Below, one piece after another: positions 9,054 to 19,534 of a DNA stretch of 64,000 nucleotides. Origin of the DNA: Bacteroidia bacterium. GTDB taxonomy: Bacteria; Bacteroidota; Bacteroidia; Palsa-965. The position numbers were made by a program, and so were the translations under genes. The stretch is from assembly GCA_025454955.1 (NCBI GenBank), contig JALONL010000015.1:72230-136229 (forward strand). The letters run 5' to 3'. Under the pieces are notes generated by a model. That model worked only from the letters and a program-made list of their open reading frames with translations, had not been told where the DNA came from and searched no databases. The stretch's first letter is position 1, and each line of letters starts with the position of its first letter.

Positions 9054-9102
9054 CTCAGGCACGATGATTGTGTTTTCCCAATCCACCCAACGGTTTTACC
9101 GA

Positions 9103-10401
9103 ATGAAAAATTTGCTTTTTGTACTGCTGTTTCTTCCGCTGCTCGGCCATGCTGCCGTGCCCGATACTACGGTGGATTATTTCTCCGATAAATCCATACG
9201 CTACGACGACCGCGTGTACGAACCGGCCATACACACCGTGATACTGAGCAGCAATCCCGGCTCGCTGAGCGATGCCACCCTGCGCCTGGGCACCGATGAT
9301 GTGCTGTATCTTTTATTCGACGATCTCGACGGCGATTTTAAAAATTACAGCTACACCGTACAGCACTGCACCTACGACTGGCAGCCGAGCAACAACCTTT
9401 CTGTGGGCGATTTCATTGACGGTTTCATGGATCAGCCCATTACCGATTATCGCTTCTCGCGCAATACGCTTCAGAAATTTACCAACTACCGCGCCAGCTT
9501 CCCGCACGATAATTTCAAGCTGCTGCTTTCGGGCAATTACCTGCTTAAAGTGTATCGCGATAATGATCCTGAAAAGCTCATCATTACCCGCCGGTTTATT
9601 GTTTCCGAAGAACTGGTAAGCATTACCGGCAGTGTGCATCCTGCCACCATTGTGGGCGACAGGAATTTTAAACAGGAAGTGGATTTTAAAATAAATACCG
9701 GTGCGGTGGTGAGTAATCCGTTTACCGAAATAAAACCGGTAATCAGGCAAAACGGGCGCTGGGATAATGCGGTAATAAACATGCAACCGCAGTTTGTAAA
9801 CGGCAGCGAAATCACCTACGACTACGAAGATGTAAATGTGTTCAGGGGCGGTAATGAATTCCGCTGGTTTGACACGCGCACGCTCCGGCTGCAGTCGGAA
9901 CGGGTGCAGCAGATAGAAATGGGCAGCGACGGCCGCAAGCATGTGTATCTGCTTACCGACGAAAAGCGCACTTACAAGCGCTACATGAACAACCCCGATC
10001 TGAACGGACGTTTCATGATTAACTCCTACGACGGCGGCGACAGCATTACCGAAGCCGATTATGTATATGTGCATTTCTTCCTGAAATGGGAATTGCCCAC
10101 CGACGAAGGCGATATATATGTATTTGGTGCGATGAGCGACTGGCAGTTCAGGCCCGAAATGAAAATGACCTACAACTACGAAAAACGCGGCTACGAGGCA
10201 AGCATACTGCTCAAACAGGGATATTACAATTACGAGTTTGTGCTGCGCCGCGACAATGTGCAGGCTGCCGACGATTTTTTTGTGGAAGGAATGCACCAGG
10301 AAACCGAAAACACGTATGTGGTGTATGTGTATCAGCGCCGCCCGGGTGCGAGGTACGACAGACTGGTAGGCATAAAACGGTTTACGACGCGGCCGCAATG
10401 A
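9103..10401 (+). CDS. DUF5103 / T9SS plug-like protein
   Basis: LLFDDL..D..NYSYTVQHC..DW, LLSGNYLLKVY, GGNEFRWFD, LKQGYYNY, ETEN.Y motifs; start reassigned to ATG 9103 (signal peptide MKNLLFVLLF). Confidence 0.8.
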   Translation: MKNLLFVLLFLPLLGHAAVPDTTVDYFSDKSIRYDDRVYEPAIHTVILSSNPGSLSDATLRLGTDDVLYLLFDDLDGDFKNYSYTVQHCTYDWQPSNNLSVGDFIDGFMDQPITDYRFSRNTLQKFTNYRASFPHDNFKLLLSGNYLLKVYRDNDPEKLIITRRFIVSEELVSITGSVHPATIVGDRNFKQEVDFKINTGAVVSNPFTEIKPVIRQNGRWDNAVINMQPQFVNGSEITYDYEDVNVFRGGNEFRWFDTRTLRLQSERVQQIEMGSDGRKHVYLLTDEKRTYKRYMNNPDLNGRFMINSYDGGDSITEADYVYVHFFLKWELPTDEGDIYVFGAMSDWQFRPEMKMTYNYEKRGYEASILLKQGYYNYEFVLRRDNVQAADDFFVEGMHQETENTYVVYVYQRRPGARYDRLVGIKRFTTRPQ

Positions 10402-10564
10402 GTTTTTGTTGAAAAACCAGGATAGTTTTCAACAGAAATACCTCACAAACAGGCGTTAACACGTATTTAACCGGTTCAATTTGTTAAATAATGTAACCTT
10501 TAGGCTGTTTTCTTGTTTATATAGATAACAGTTTTGTAAACTTGTTGAACTAAACCCTCGCCGC

Positions 10565-10951
10565 ATGGTTACGCGCGTTACTCACGGCATAAAAATTTCG
10601 GTGCAGAGCCGCTACGAAGAGGCTCATTCGCGCCCCGGACAACAGCACTATTTTTTCTCTTACCAGATTGGTATAGAAAACAATGGCGAATACACCGTGC
10701 AGTTGCTCCGCCGCCACTGGTTCATTTTCGACTCGGCCGGAATGCGGCATGAGGTGGAAGGCGAAGGCGTAATCGGGCAGCAGCCTGTGCTGGAGCCCGG
10801 CGAATCGTACTCTTACGACTCGGCCTGCAACCTTACCAGCGAAATGGGCACCATGCACGGAGCCTATATTTTCCGCCGCGAAGTGGATGGCTATCTTTTC
10901 GAAGTTCAAATTCCCAAATTTGAACTTATTGCCACACACCGCCTCAACTGA
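10565..10951 (+). CDS. apaG: Co2+/Mg2+ efflux protein ApaG
   Basis: QLLRRHWFI, GEGVIGQQPVLEPGESYSY, G.MHG.Y motifs. Confidence 0.93.
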   Translation: MVTRVTHGIKISVQSRYEEAHSRPGQQHYFFSYQIGIENNGEYTVQLLRRHWFIFDSAGMRHEVEGEGVIGQQPVLEPGESYSYDSACNLTSEMGTMHGAYIFRREVDGYLFEVQIPKFELIATHRLN

Positions 10952-11037
10952 GTGCGCGTTTCATCGCATTATTCCCTGTATTTACATTTATTAACGTCCG
11001 CTGGTCATTAATCAGTTTTTAACCCGCGGAATAACGG

Positions 11038-11045
11038 TAAATTTG
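11038..11045 (+). promoter_or_regulatory. Bacteroidota sigma-A -7 element
   Basis: TAAATTTG matches TAnnTTTG, 25 bp before the ATG at 11071. Confidence 0.6.
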
Positions 11046-11070
11046 CGCCTCAATCTGACCATCGGCCAAA

Positions 11071-13563
11071 ATGCGGTTTTCTTTTTTACTTCTTACTTTA
11101 TTTTCTCTCTGTGGTTTTGTTCATGCACAAACTCCGGCACAGCGCGATACAACCCGCAGCAAACCGGCTCAGGCAGCCAAACCACAGCAACCCAAACCGC
11201 AAATTGGCAAAGTAATTGGCATTGTGCTCGACACGGCGGGCAGCACGGCTTTGGAATACGTAACCCTTACCGCCTACAGCCTGCCCGACAGTGCATTCAG
11301 CGGCGGCGGCATTACCGATAAAAACGGACAGTTTCAGATTCCGCTTCCGGCCGGGCGTTTTTACCTCCGCATTTCATTTATCGGCTACAACACACGCTTT
11401 TCAAAGTCTTTTCTGATTACACCGCAGGCCACGCAGGCCGATCTGGGCCGCATTTACCTGAACTCCGGCGCAAAACAGCTTAATGCGGTGGAAGTATCCG
11501 ATGCCCGTTCCGATTACTCGAACAGCATCGACAAAAAGGTATATGATGTAAATCAAAACATCACCAATACCGGCGGAACGGCTACCGATATTCTGCAAAA
11601 CATTCCTTCGGTGGCAGTGGATATGGATGGTAAGGTGAGTTTGCGCGGATCTGAAAACGTGACCATTCTTATCGACGGCCGCCCTTCGGGAATTACCGGG
11701 GCCGATCGTCAGGCGGCGTTGCAGCAGGTGCCGGCGAGTATGATTGACCGTATTGAGATAATCACCAATCCGTCGGCGCGTTACGATGCGCAGGGAATGG
11801 CCGGTATTATTAACATCATTACCAAAAAAGATGCGAAACAGGGGCTAAACGGTTCGGTCACGCTGGGTCAGGGTTCGAACGGCAAATACAACGGTGCACT
11901 CAACCTGAACAACCGCATGAAAAAGGCCAACCTGTTTGCCAACTACAACTGGCGCAGCGAAGACCGCTGGATGCAACGCCAGGGCGAGCAACATACGTTT
12001 ACGGCCGACACCAATTTCTATTTCACCAACGGCGGGCGAGGATTGAATAACGATGCTTCGCACTTCGGAAAAATTGGTGCCGATTTTTACCTCAATGCCT
12101 ACAACACGCTTTCGGTATCGGGCGGTTTCAACTACAAAACAAACCGCAACAACGACAGCATTACCTATTCATTTCTCGATGCCGACCGTTTGTACTTTGC
12201 CGGTTTCGACCGCATCATTGCCGAACGTCAGAAATCGCTCGGCACCGACTGGACGCTTGATTATGCCAAGGCATTCCCCGGCAGCCAGCGCAAACTCACC
12301 GGCTCGGGTTCGTTTTCGTATGTGGACAGGCAGGATCGCAACGAGTTCCGCAATTCGCTCTCCGACGAGCTTCCTTACCAGAAAAACAATGCCGACAACA
12401 TTTTCGCCACCGGCGTGGCACAGATCGACTACACACATCCGCTTAACGACAGTCTGCGCTTTGAAACCGGTGTCAAATACTCGCTGCGCAACTACGATAA
12501 CAACCAGGCTGTACTTTTCACCGACGGCATTGGCGGCTATGTAAACGACACCCGCTACAGCGACAACTTCATTTTCAACGAGCACATTTACGCCGCCTAC
12601 GTACAGGCCGCCATGCACCGCGGCAAATTCGACTTCCAGGCCGGTGTACGTGCCGAGCAGACGCAGCTAACCGGCACCTCCACTTCCACCACTTCCGATT
12701 TTGTAAACAACTACTTCGGCATTTTCCCCAGCGTATCAGTGCGCTATTCGGTAAAGCCCGGCTACGACTGGCAGGTAAGCTACAGCCGCCGTTTAAACCG
12801 TCCCGGCAACGGCCAGTTGAATCCGTTTGTGGACATCAGCGATTCGATCAACCTTCGTTCGGGCAATCCGTTTTTGCAGCCCGAGTACATCAACTCAGCC
12901 GAGCTCAATCTCTCGCGCACCTTCGAAAATGGCATCAGCATAAGCGGCACCGCCTATTTCCGCCACACCACCGATCTTATAAACATGGTGCGTATTTACA
13001 ATATCAATACGGGAATAGCGCTGATCCGTCCCATCAACTTCACTTCCGGCAACAACTTCGGCATTGAGAGTGTATTCCGTATGCCGCTTCCCAAGCGCAA
13101 AGGCAATGTAATGCTTACGTTGAGCGGTTTCCGCAACCAGATCAACGGCGAAAATCTCGAGGCCGGCCTTCAAAGCGAGGCGCTGAACTGGTCGGGCCGT
13201 TTAATACTCAACTACCGCATACTCCCGCAAACCAACTTGCAGGTAACCGGCTTTTACAATTCGCCGTTTGTGCAGCCTGCAGGCAGTTTCATTATGGTAG
13301 GGGGTATAGATGCCGGCATCCGCCAGGACGTATTCAAAGGCCGCGGCCAGTTTACTGCCAACGTAAGCGATATTTTCGACACCAAGGAGTTCCGCATCTT
13401 CAACAAACTCACCGGCTACGAACTCACCGCCAAGCGCAAACGAGAAAGCCGCATTCTGATGATTTCCTTCACCTGGCGATTCGGCAAAGCCGAAGAAAAC
13501 CCGCAACAACGCCGCAACCGCCCCACCCAATCTATGGACGAAGGCGGCGGTGGAATGTTCTAA
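11071..13563 (+). CDS. TonB-dependent receptor (N-terminal carboxypeptidase-like domain, plug, beta-barrel)
   Basis: 830 aa; plug motifs LQNIPSVAVD.DG.VSLRG and IEIITNPSARYDAQG.AGIINI; barrel strands to SFTWRFG. Confidence 0.88.
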   Translation: MRFSFLLLTLFSLCGFVHAQTPAQRDTTRSKPAQAAKPQQPKPQIGKVIGIVLDTAGSTALEYVTLTAYSLPDSAFSGGGITDKNGQFQIPLPAGRFYLRISFIGYNTRFSKSFLITPQATQADLGRIYLNSGAKQLNAVEVSDARSDYSNSIDKKVYDVNQNITNTGGTATDILQNIPSVAVDMDGKVSLRGSENVTILIDGRPSGITGADRQAALQQVPASMIDRIEIITNPSARYDAQGMAGIINIITKKDAKQGLNGSVTLGQGSNGKYNGALNLNNRMKKANLFANYNWRSEDRWMQRQGEQHTFTADTNFYFTNGGRGLNNDASHFGKIGADFYLNAYNTLSVSGGFNYKTNRNNDSITYSFLDADRLYFAGFDRIIAERQKSLGTDWTLDYAKAFPGSQRKLTGSGSFSYVDRQDRNEFRNSLSDELPYQKNNADNIFATGVAQIDYTHPLNDSLRFETGVKYSLRNYDNNQAVLFTDGIGGYVNDTRYSDNFIFNEHIYAAYVQAAMHRGKFDFQAGVRAEQTQLTGTSTSTTSDFVNNYFGIFPSVSVRYSVKPGYDWQVSYSRRLNRPGNGQLNPFVDISDSINLRSGNPFLQPEYINSAELNLSRTFENGISISGTAYFRHTTDLINMVRIYNINTGIALIRPINFTSGNNFGIESVFRMPLPKRKGNVMLTLSGFRNQINGENLEAGLQSEALNWSGRLILNYRILPQTNLQVTGFYNSPFVQPAGSFIMVGGIDAGIRQDVFKGRGQFTANVSDIFDTKEFRIFNKLTGYELTAKRKRESRILMISFTWRFGKAEENPQQRRNRPTQSMDEGGGGMF

Positions 13564-13610
13564 ATCAAAAAAGCAAGCAAGGAAAAGCGAAAGCGGGCGA
13601 AGCGAGCCGA

Positions 13611-14024
13611 TTAACCGGCAATCCGCTGCTCCATTTCTTCATCCAGCAATTGCTGGCGGAGCCAGCCCTCTGCCGCCGAAGGCGAAGAAAACAACTTCAC
13701 CGGCACAGAAGGCCTGAAAATAGCCACATAAAGCGTAGTCACAAGGCGCGTTATCGTATTCTGCGTAATCACCGCCATCGCCACGCGATGGTGCGACTGC
13801 TCAGCCGCAAACTCCTGTGCCAGACGGGTAATCTGATGTTCTGCCGTGGCGTCAACCAGCACGGCCACGCGCACATTGCCGATCAGGCGCATGGCGGTTT
13901 CCCAGTTCTGGCGGGCCTGCTGAATATCGATACGTGCATTGGGCAGAATGGTAATGCGTAAAATCCGGTCTTCCCGGTATTCGAGCCTGATAGTGGATGT
14001 TAATGCTTCTTTAGCCATGTACAA
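13611..14024 (-). CDS. Small STAS/SEC14-like (DUF7793-type) protein
   Basis: VLVDA..., AMAVI.......L...Y..I.RP.VPVKLFSS...AE.WL pattern. Confidence 0.65.
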   Translation of the reverse strand: MYMAKEALTSTIRLEYREDRILRITILPNARIDIQQARQNWETAMRLIGNVRVAVLVDATAEHQITRLAQEFAAEQSHHRVAMAVITQNTITRLVTTLYVAIFRPSVPVKLFSSPSAAEGWLRQQLLDEEMEQRIAG

Positions 14025-14202
14025 AATGCATCTGTTGATGCTATATATTTACTAGGGGTAGTGCAAATGTAATGCTGCTTTTGCCCATTGGCTTCCTGAT
14101 ATACGCAACGGGTGCTTCCCGCTATACAGGCGGGCGTTTTAACCTTACAGGCGGCTTTTCAATTTTACCGCCGTTTCACGTCGGAAAAGGCTGATTTTGA
14201 CT

Positions 14203-14210
14203 TATCTTTG
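14203..14210 (+). promoter_or_regulatory. Sigma-A -7 element for tig
   Basis: TATCTTTG matches TAnnTTTG upstream of tig. Confidence 0.6.
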
Positions 14211-14274
14211 CCATCCGTTTTACAAAAGCCGGTGCCGCATTGGTTGTGGTGGCCGGCAAAGCTGACTAAGCATC

Positions 14275-15624
14275 ATGAACATTTCCAAAGAGCACATTGA
14301 CGAGCTTAACGCCGTTGTGAAAGTTAAAATCGGTCCGGATGATTATACCGACCGTGTAGAGAAAACCCTCCGCAACTACCAGAAGCAGGTAAGTATGCCC
14401 GGTTTCCGTCCGGGTAAAGTGCCCGCCTCGCTGGTAAAGAAAATGTACGGAAAATCGGTTCTGGCCGAGGAACTCAACAAAATCCTCTCCGACGAGCTTT
14501 ACAAATACATCCGCACCGAAGAACTCGACGTACTGGGCAATCCGTTGCCCCAGCCGCAGAACGACAATGTGGACATTGAAACCCAGTCGGAATTTGAATT
14601 CAGTTTCGACATGGCCCTCGCTCCCAAATTCGACCTGAAATTAGGCAGCGATATGCAGTTTACCGAGTACAAAGTAGCCATCGACGATAAACTCATTGAC
14701 GGTTATGTGAGCGACCTTACCCGTCGTTATGGCAGCATTGCCCCTTCGGAAAGCGCACAGTCGGGCGACCTTATTTACGGTACTTTCGTAGAGCTTGATG
14801 CCAACGGTGAAATTCTGCCCGGCGGCATTTTCAAGTCGTCAACCATGTTCCTCGACAATCCTGTGCGCGATGAGCACAAGGCGCTTGAGGGTGCAAAGGT
14901 GGATGATAAAATTATCCTTACCGCTTCGCAGATCGACAGCGACACCACTGCACTGGCGCAGAAATTAGGCATTGAGCCTCAGGCTGCCGAAGGACTGAAC
15001 AGCAGTTTCCAGTTTACCGTAACACAGGTAAGCCGCCTGCAGCCCGCCGAACTCAATCAGGAATTTTTCGATAAAATTTATGGCCCGGGTGCAGTTACTT
15101 CTGAAGAAGAATTCCGCGCCCGCATTGCCACCGAGCTCAGCGGCATGTTCAGCAACGACACTGAAAAGCGTTTGCAGAACGACATTGCCAGCGAACTCAT
15201 CGACCGCACCAACCTTACCCTGCCCGATGCTTTCCTCAAACGCTGGCTGCTTACCGCCAACGAAAAGCCCATCACTCCCGAGCAGGTGGATGCCGAATAC
15301 GATATGTATGCCCGTCAGCTCCGCTGGCAACTGATCGAAAACAAGATCATCAAGGACAACAACATTCAGGTATCGGCAGAAGAAGCCACTGAGCATGTGA
15401 AGGAACTGCTGCGCGAAAACTACCGCAAATACGGCATGAACCCCGACGAAGTGCCCGATGCAGAACTTACCGCCAATGCACAGCGTTTGCTGGGCAAAGA
15501 GGAAGAAGCACGCAAAGTGTTTGAAAACCTCTACCAGCAAAAGCTCATGACACTCTACCGCACTTCGTGCAGCATTACTTCCAAAGAAGTAAGCTACGAC
15601 GATTTCCTGGCCGGAGTGAAATAA
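14275..15624 (+). CDS. tig: Trigger factor
   Basis: GFRPGKVP ribosome-binding motif; 449 aa; directly upstream of clpP-clpX. Confidence 0.95.
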   Translation: MNISKEHIDELNAVVKVKIGPDDYTDRVEKTLRNYQKQVSMPGFRPGKVPASLVKKMYGKSVLAEELNKILSDELYKYIRTEELDVLGNPLPQPQNDNVDIETQSEFEFSFDMALAPKFDLKLGSDMQFTEYKVAIDDKLIDGYVSDLTRRYGSIAPSESAQSGDLIYGTFVELDANGEILPGGIFKSSTMFLDNPVRDEHKALEGAKVDDKIILTASQIDSDTTALAQKLGIEPQAAEGLNSSFQFTVTQVSRLQPAELNQEFFDKIYGPGAVTSEEEFRARIATELSGMFSNDTEKRLQNDIASELIDRTNLTLPDAFLKRWLLTANEKPITPEQVDAEYDMYARQLRWQLIENKIIKDNNIQVSAEEATEHVKELLRENYRKYGMNPDEVPDAELTANAQRLLGKEEEARKVFENLYQQKLMTLYRTSCSITSKEVSYDDFLAGVK

Positions 15625-15634
15625 TACCCACACG

Positions 15635-15672
15635 CTAACCGCCGCTCCTGAAAAGGTCGGCGGTTAGTTTTT
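15635..15672 (+). terminator. Intrinsic terminator after tig
   Basis: CTAACCGCCG / CGGCGGTTAG followed by T5. Confidence 0.75.
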
Positions 15673-15749
15673 GTGCCAAACTGACAGCAAAACCATTCTG
15701 GCACCGATCTTGAACAGAAACAACCTCAACGTAATAAAACCGAAAACGT

Positions 15750-16445
15750 ATGTTCGATCAAAACGAATTCCGCAAATATGCCGTGAAACACCACGGAATC
15801 AGCAGCATGACATTCGACGGCTATGCTTCGTCGATTACCTCCATGCCCCGTGGTTTGACCCCGAATATCATTGAAGAACGCCAGATGAATATTGCCGTAA
15901 TGGACGTATTCTCGCGTTTGATGATGGACCGCATTATTTTCCTCGGCACCGGCATCAACGATCAGGTGGCCAATATTGTACAGGCACAGCTTCTCTTCCT
16001 CGAGTCGGTTGATTCCAAGAAAGACATTCAGATTTACATGAATTCACCCGGAGGATCGGTGTATGCCGGTTTGGGTATTTATGACACGATGCAGATTGTA
16101 CAGCCCGATGTGGCCACAATTTGCACAGGCATTGCCGCTTCTATGGGCGCCGTACTTCAGTGTGCCGGAGCCAAGGGCAAACGCACTGCCCTGCCCCACT
16201 CGCGCATCATGATTCACCAGCCCCTCGGCGGTGCCGAAGGTCAGGCTTCAGACATCGAAATCACAGCCCGTGAGATTCAGAAGCTGAAAAAAGAACTTTA
16301 CGAAATCATTGCCAAGCACAGCGGCCAGACTTACGACAAAGTTTGGGCCGACAGCGACCGCGACTACTGGATGACCGCCCAGGAAGCCAAGGACTATGGC
16401 ATGATTGATGAAATTCTCTCCGGCAAAGGCAATAAATTAGCCTAA
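15750..16445 (+). CDS. clpP: ATP-dependent Clp protease proteolytic subunit
   Basis: MDVFSRLMMDRIIFLG, YMNSPGG, AASMG (catalytic Ser), RIMIHQP. Confidence 0.97.
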   Translation: MFDQNEFRKYAVKHHGISSMTFDGYASSITSMPRGLTPNIIEERQMNIAVMDVFSRLMMDRIIFLGTGINDQVANIVQAQLLFLESVDSKKDIQIYMNSPGGSVYAGLGIYDTMQIVQPDVATICTGIAASMGAVLQCAGAKGKRTALPHSRIMIHQPLGGAEGQASDIEITAREIQKLKKELYEIIAKHSGQTYDKVWADSDRDYWMTAQEAKDYGMIDEILSGKGNKLA

Positions 16446-16462
16446 ACACTGTTAATTTTCGT

Positions 16463-16470
16463 TACTTTTG
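16463..16470 (+). promoter_or_regulatory. Sigma-A -7 element for clpX
   Basis: TACTTTTG matches TAnnTTTG, abutting the clpP terminator. Confidence 0.55.
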
Positions 16471-16504
16471 AAAAAGCATTCCGTAGGGTTACGGAATGCT
16501 TTTT
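16471..16504 (+). terminator. Intrinsic terminator between clpP and clpX
   Basis: AAAAAGCATTCCGTA-gggt-TACGGAATGCTTTTT. Confidence 0.75.
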
Positions 16505-16528
16505 TGTCAGTTTTGACAACAAATTTCG

Positions 16529-17776
16529 ATGGCAAACAAAGAACCGCACATTCACTGCTCATTCTGCGGACGCGATAAACAGGATACACTGGTGCTGATA
16601 GCCGGCATTCAGGGGCATATCTGCGACCAGTGCATACAGCAGGCATACCGGATTGTAAAGGAAGAACAGGATTCGCGCAAGACGCAGGACGTAAGCACGG
16701 CCCTGACGCTGCTGAAACCGATGGAGATAAAACGCCATCTGGATGAGTATGTGATTGGCCAGGATCAGGCCAAGAAGGTGCTTTCGGTGGCCGTTTACAA
16801 CCATTACAAACGTATTGCCCAGAAACCTTCGACCCGCAAGGCGGAGGATGTGGATGTGGAAAAATCGAACATCATTCTGGTGGGCGAAACCGGCACGGGC
16901 AAAACCCTGCTGGCCCGCTCCATTGCCAAACTCCTCAATGTGCCTTTCTGCATTGCCGATGCCACTGTGCTTACCGAAGCCGGCTACGTGGGCGAAGACG
17001 TGGAAAGCATTCTGGTACGTTTGCTACAGGCCGCCGATTATGATGTAAACGCAGCCGAGCGCGGAATTGTGTTTATTGACGAGATTGATAAAATTGCCCG
17101 CAAGAGCGACAATCCTTCCATTACCCGCGACGTATCGGGCGAGGGCGTGCAGCAGGCTTTGCTGAAAATGCTCGAAGGCAATGTGGTGAATGTTCCGCCC
17201 CAGGGCGGCCGCAAGCATCCCGAACAGAAAATGATTCAGGTAAACACCCGCAACATTCTGTTCATTTGCGGAGGCGCATTCGACGGCATCGACCGCAAAA
17301 TTGCACGCCGCCTGCAGTCCCAAACCATTGGCTACACCGCCGGGCAGCAAAACGCCGAAATAGACAAGGAAAACATGCTGCAGTACATTGTACCGCAGGA
17401 TCTCAAGAGCTACGGCCTTATTCCCGAACTCATTGGCCGTTTGCCAGTGCTGGCGCACCTCAATCCGCTCGACCGCCAGGCACTGCGTAGTATTCTTACC
17501 GAGCCCAAAAACGCCCTCATCAAACAATACTTCCGTTTGTTTGAAATGGACAATGTGAAACTGAGTTTCGACGACGGTGTATTTGAACACATTGTGGATA
17601 AAGCCATGGAATACAAACTCGGCGCACGCGGCCTTCGCTCCATTTGCGAAGCCATTATGATTGATGCCATGTTTGAAATTCCTTCCGACAACAGCATCCG
17701 CCGCCTGAATATTACACTTGATTATGCACAGGAAAAACTGAGCAAGGCCAAGATGGATAATTTGCGCGTGGCGTAA
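16529..17776 (+). CDS. clpX: ATP-dependent Clp protease ATP-binding subunit ClpX
   Basis: C4 zinc-binding domain CSFC..ICDQC; Walker A GETGTGKT; IDEIDK; [10 protein letters not shown]; GARGLR. Confidence 0.97.
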   Translation: MANKEPHIHCSFCGRDKQDTLVLIAGIQGHICDQCIQQAYRIVKEEQDSRKTQDVSTALTLLKPMEIKRHLDEYVIGQDQAKKVLSVAVYNHYKRIAQKPSTRKAEDVDVEKSNIILVGETGTGKTLLARSIAKLLNVPFCIADATVLTEAGYVGEDVESILVRLLQAADYDVNAAERGIVFIDEIDKIARKSDNPSITRDVSGEGVQQALLKMLEGNVVNVPPQGGRKHPEQKMIQVNTRNILFICGGAFDGIDRKIARRLQSQTIGYTAGQQNAEIDKENMLQYIVPQDLKSYGLIPELIGRLPVLAHLNPLDRQALRSILTEPKNALIKQYFRLFEMDNVKLSFDDGVFEHIVDKAMEYKLGARGLRSICEAIMIDAMFEIPSDNSIRRLNITLDYAQEKLSKAKMDNLRVA

Positions 17777-17795
17777 TTTGTACTGAACTAAATGT

Positions 17796-17834
17796 AAAAA
17801 GCAGAGAAGTGGTAATCGCTTCTCTGCTTTTTTT
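17796..17834. terminator. Bidirectional terminator between convergent clpX and phosphatase genes
   Basis: A5-GCAGAGAAG / CTTCTCTGC-T7. Confidence 0.85.
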
Positions 17835-17860
17835 GTGTTGACCTTTCAACTCAATACATC

Positions 17861-19354
17861 TCAACTCATCCTCACCCCAATCAACAGCACATCATCCATC
17901 TGCTCGGTATTTCCGCGCCAGTCGTGCCAGAATTTTTCGAGGTGTTCTTTTCCTTCGGCGGGCGATTTTTGGGCGATAAACTGAAGTTCCTGTTTAAGCC
18001 GTTTGGTGCCGATGCGTTTGCGGGTGGTTTCGCCGATCTGGTCGGCATAGCCGTCGGTGAAGAGGTAGAAGCTGTCGCCGGGATTGAGTTGTACTTTGTG
18101 GTTGGTGAATTCTGACTTTGGGATGTCGGTGCCGCCGCCAATTGGGAAACGGTTGGCACGTATTTCCTGGAGTTCGTGGCTGCCGGTAATGACCATCGGG
18201 CGGAGTGCGCCGGCAAATTCCACTTCGCGGGTGGTGAGGCATACGGCGGCGAGGCCAATGTCCATGCCGTCGCGGTTAAAATTGCCGTCTTTGTTCATGG
18301 CGGCGGTAATTTTCTTTTCGAGCTGGTCTAAAATCTGCGAGGGTGTTTTACGCTCCTCGCTCACGGCAATTTCGGCGAGGAATGTACTGCCGATGATGCT
18401 CATGAATGCGCCCGGCACCCCATGCCCGGTACAATCTACGGCGGCAATGTAGGCCCAGCCGTTTTCTTCGGCCATCCAGAAGAAATCGCCGCTTACAATA
18501 TCGCGCGGGTGGTAGAGCACAAAACTTTGCGGGAATACCTGCGAGAGCCTGCGCGTGCCGGGCAGAATGGCATCCTGAATACGGCGGGCGTACTCAATGC
18601 TTTCGAGTGTTTCGCGGTTGCTGGCTTCTACTTTCTGCAAGGCCTCGCGCAGTTGTACGGCGGCTTTTTCTTCGGCCAGCAGCAGTTTGCGTATGGAAAA
18701 CATGAGGAAGATGCCAATGACCAGCACCACTGCAATGGTAATAAGCGAGTTGATGAGTATGGCCTTTCGTGCCCGGGCAATAAACCCGTCGAACCGCGAA
18801 TCGACCTGAATAATGCCTACCTGCTTGCCTGCACTGTTGCGTATGGGCACAAACGCCGAAAGCCAGGTGCCGTTTTCGTCGGTGTAGGTGGGCACCACGG
18901 TTCCGCGGCTGTATTCATTTACATGCTCGGGGTGAAATTTCTCCCATTCGTGCAGCCAATAACAGCCGCGCGAAAACACGGCAAATTCAAACTTGCTTTT
19001 TACCGAATCATACATCATGGTGTAAATGGCATCGGGCGGCAGCATGTTTGATTCCACCACTTCTTTAAGCTGGTTCTGAATACCGAGATACACCGAATCA
19101 TCTTCGGCTTTTTTTAAATCGTCTTTTTCATGATAGGTATTGGTAAGCCACTCGTGTTTATCGCCGCTGATGCGGGGGGCAAGGGTATAAATAATTCCTT
19201 TGAGTTTGTTGAGTTCGCCTTCTTCGTAGGCACCAAGCAGGCTGAAATAGGAATTGATGAGAAAATAAATTACAAGAAATATTCCTGCTCCGAAAACCAG
19301 AATAAGTACACGCGTAGTGGCGTTCCTGAAGGCTAACCTGAGTAAACTACTCAT
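17861..19354 (-). CDS. Membrane sensor with SpoIIE/PP2C-type serine phosphatase domain
   Basis: Two TM helices flanking a periplasmic Cache-like region; YARRIQDAIL, PRDIVSGDF, DCTGHGVPGA, DGMD, FTDGYADQ, DDVLLIG. Confidence 0.88.
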   Translation of the reverse strand: MSSLLRLAFRNATTRVLILVFGAGIFLVIYFLINSYFSLLGAYEEGELNKLKGIIYTLAPRISGDKHEWLTNTYHEKDDLKKAEDDSVYLGIQNQLKEVVESNMLPPDAIYTMMYDSVKSKFEFAVFSRGCYWLHEWEKFHPEHVNEYSRGTVVPTYTDENGTWLSAFVPIRNSAGKQVGIIQVDSRFDGFIARARKAILINSLITIAVVLVIGIFLMFSIRKLLLAEEKAAVQLREALQKVEASNRETLESIEYARRIQDAILPGTRRLSQVFPQSFVLYHPRDIVSGDFFWMAEENGWAYIAAVDCTGHGVPGAFMSIIGSTFLAEIAVSEERKTPSQILDQLEKKITAAMNKDGNFNRDGMDIGLAAVCLTTREVEFAGALRPMVITGSHELQEIRANRFPIGGGTDIPKSEFTNHKVQLNPGDSFYLFTDGYADQIGETTRKRIGTKRLKQELQFIAQKSPAEGKEHLEKFWHDWRGNTEQMDDVLLIGVRMS

Positions 19355-19534
19355 AAAAGGGATTTCGGCGTTTTACACATATACGACAAAACTGCGGGAT
19401 GGTTTTAGAATGAGTTAAAATAACAAGTTCCCGTTGAAATTTAAACGCCGGTATTAAATAAAAAACCGGCCATAGCCGGTTAGATGGCTCATTTTTATTG
19501 AGCCGGAATATGGTAAAGAAAGTTTATGCGCGAT

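Noticed and set aside
8857-9102. N-terminal extension of the DUF5103 ORF, and similar extensions of folA, the porin, trxB, MbnP and the peroxidase in the ORF track
   Set aside because: They overlap upstream genes and precede clear signal peptides or family N-termini; starts were reassigned.
13564-13610. Purine-rich AAGC-repeat spacer
   Set aside because: No stable hairpin and no second copy in the window; treated as low-complexity intergenic DNA.
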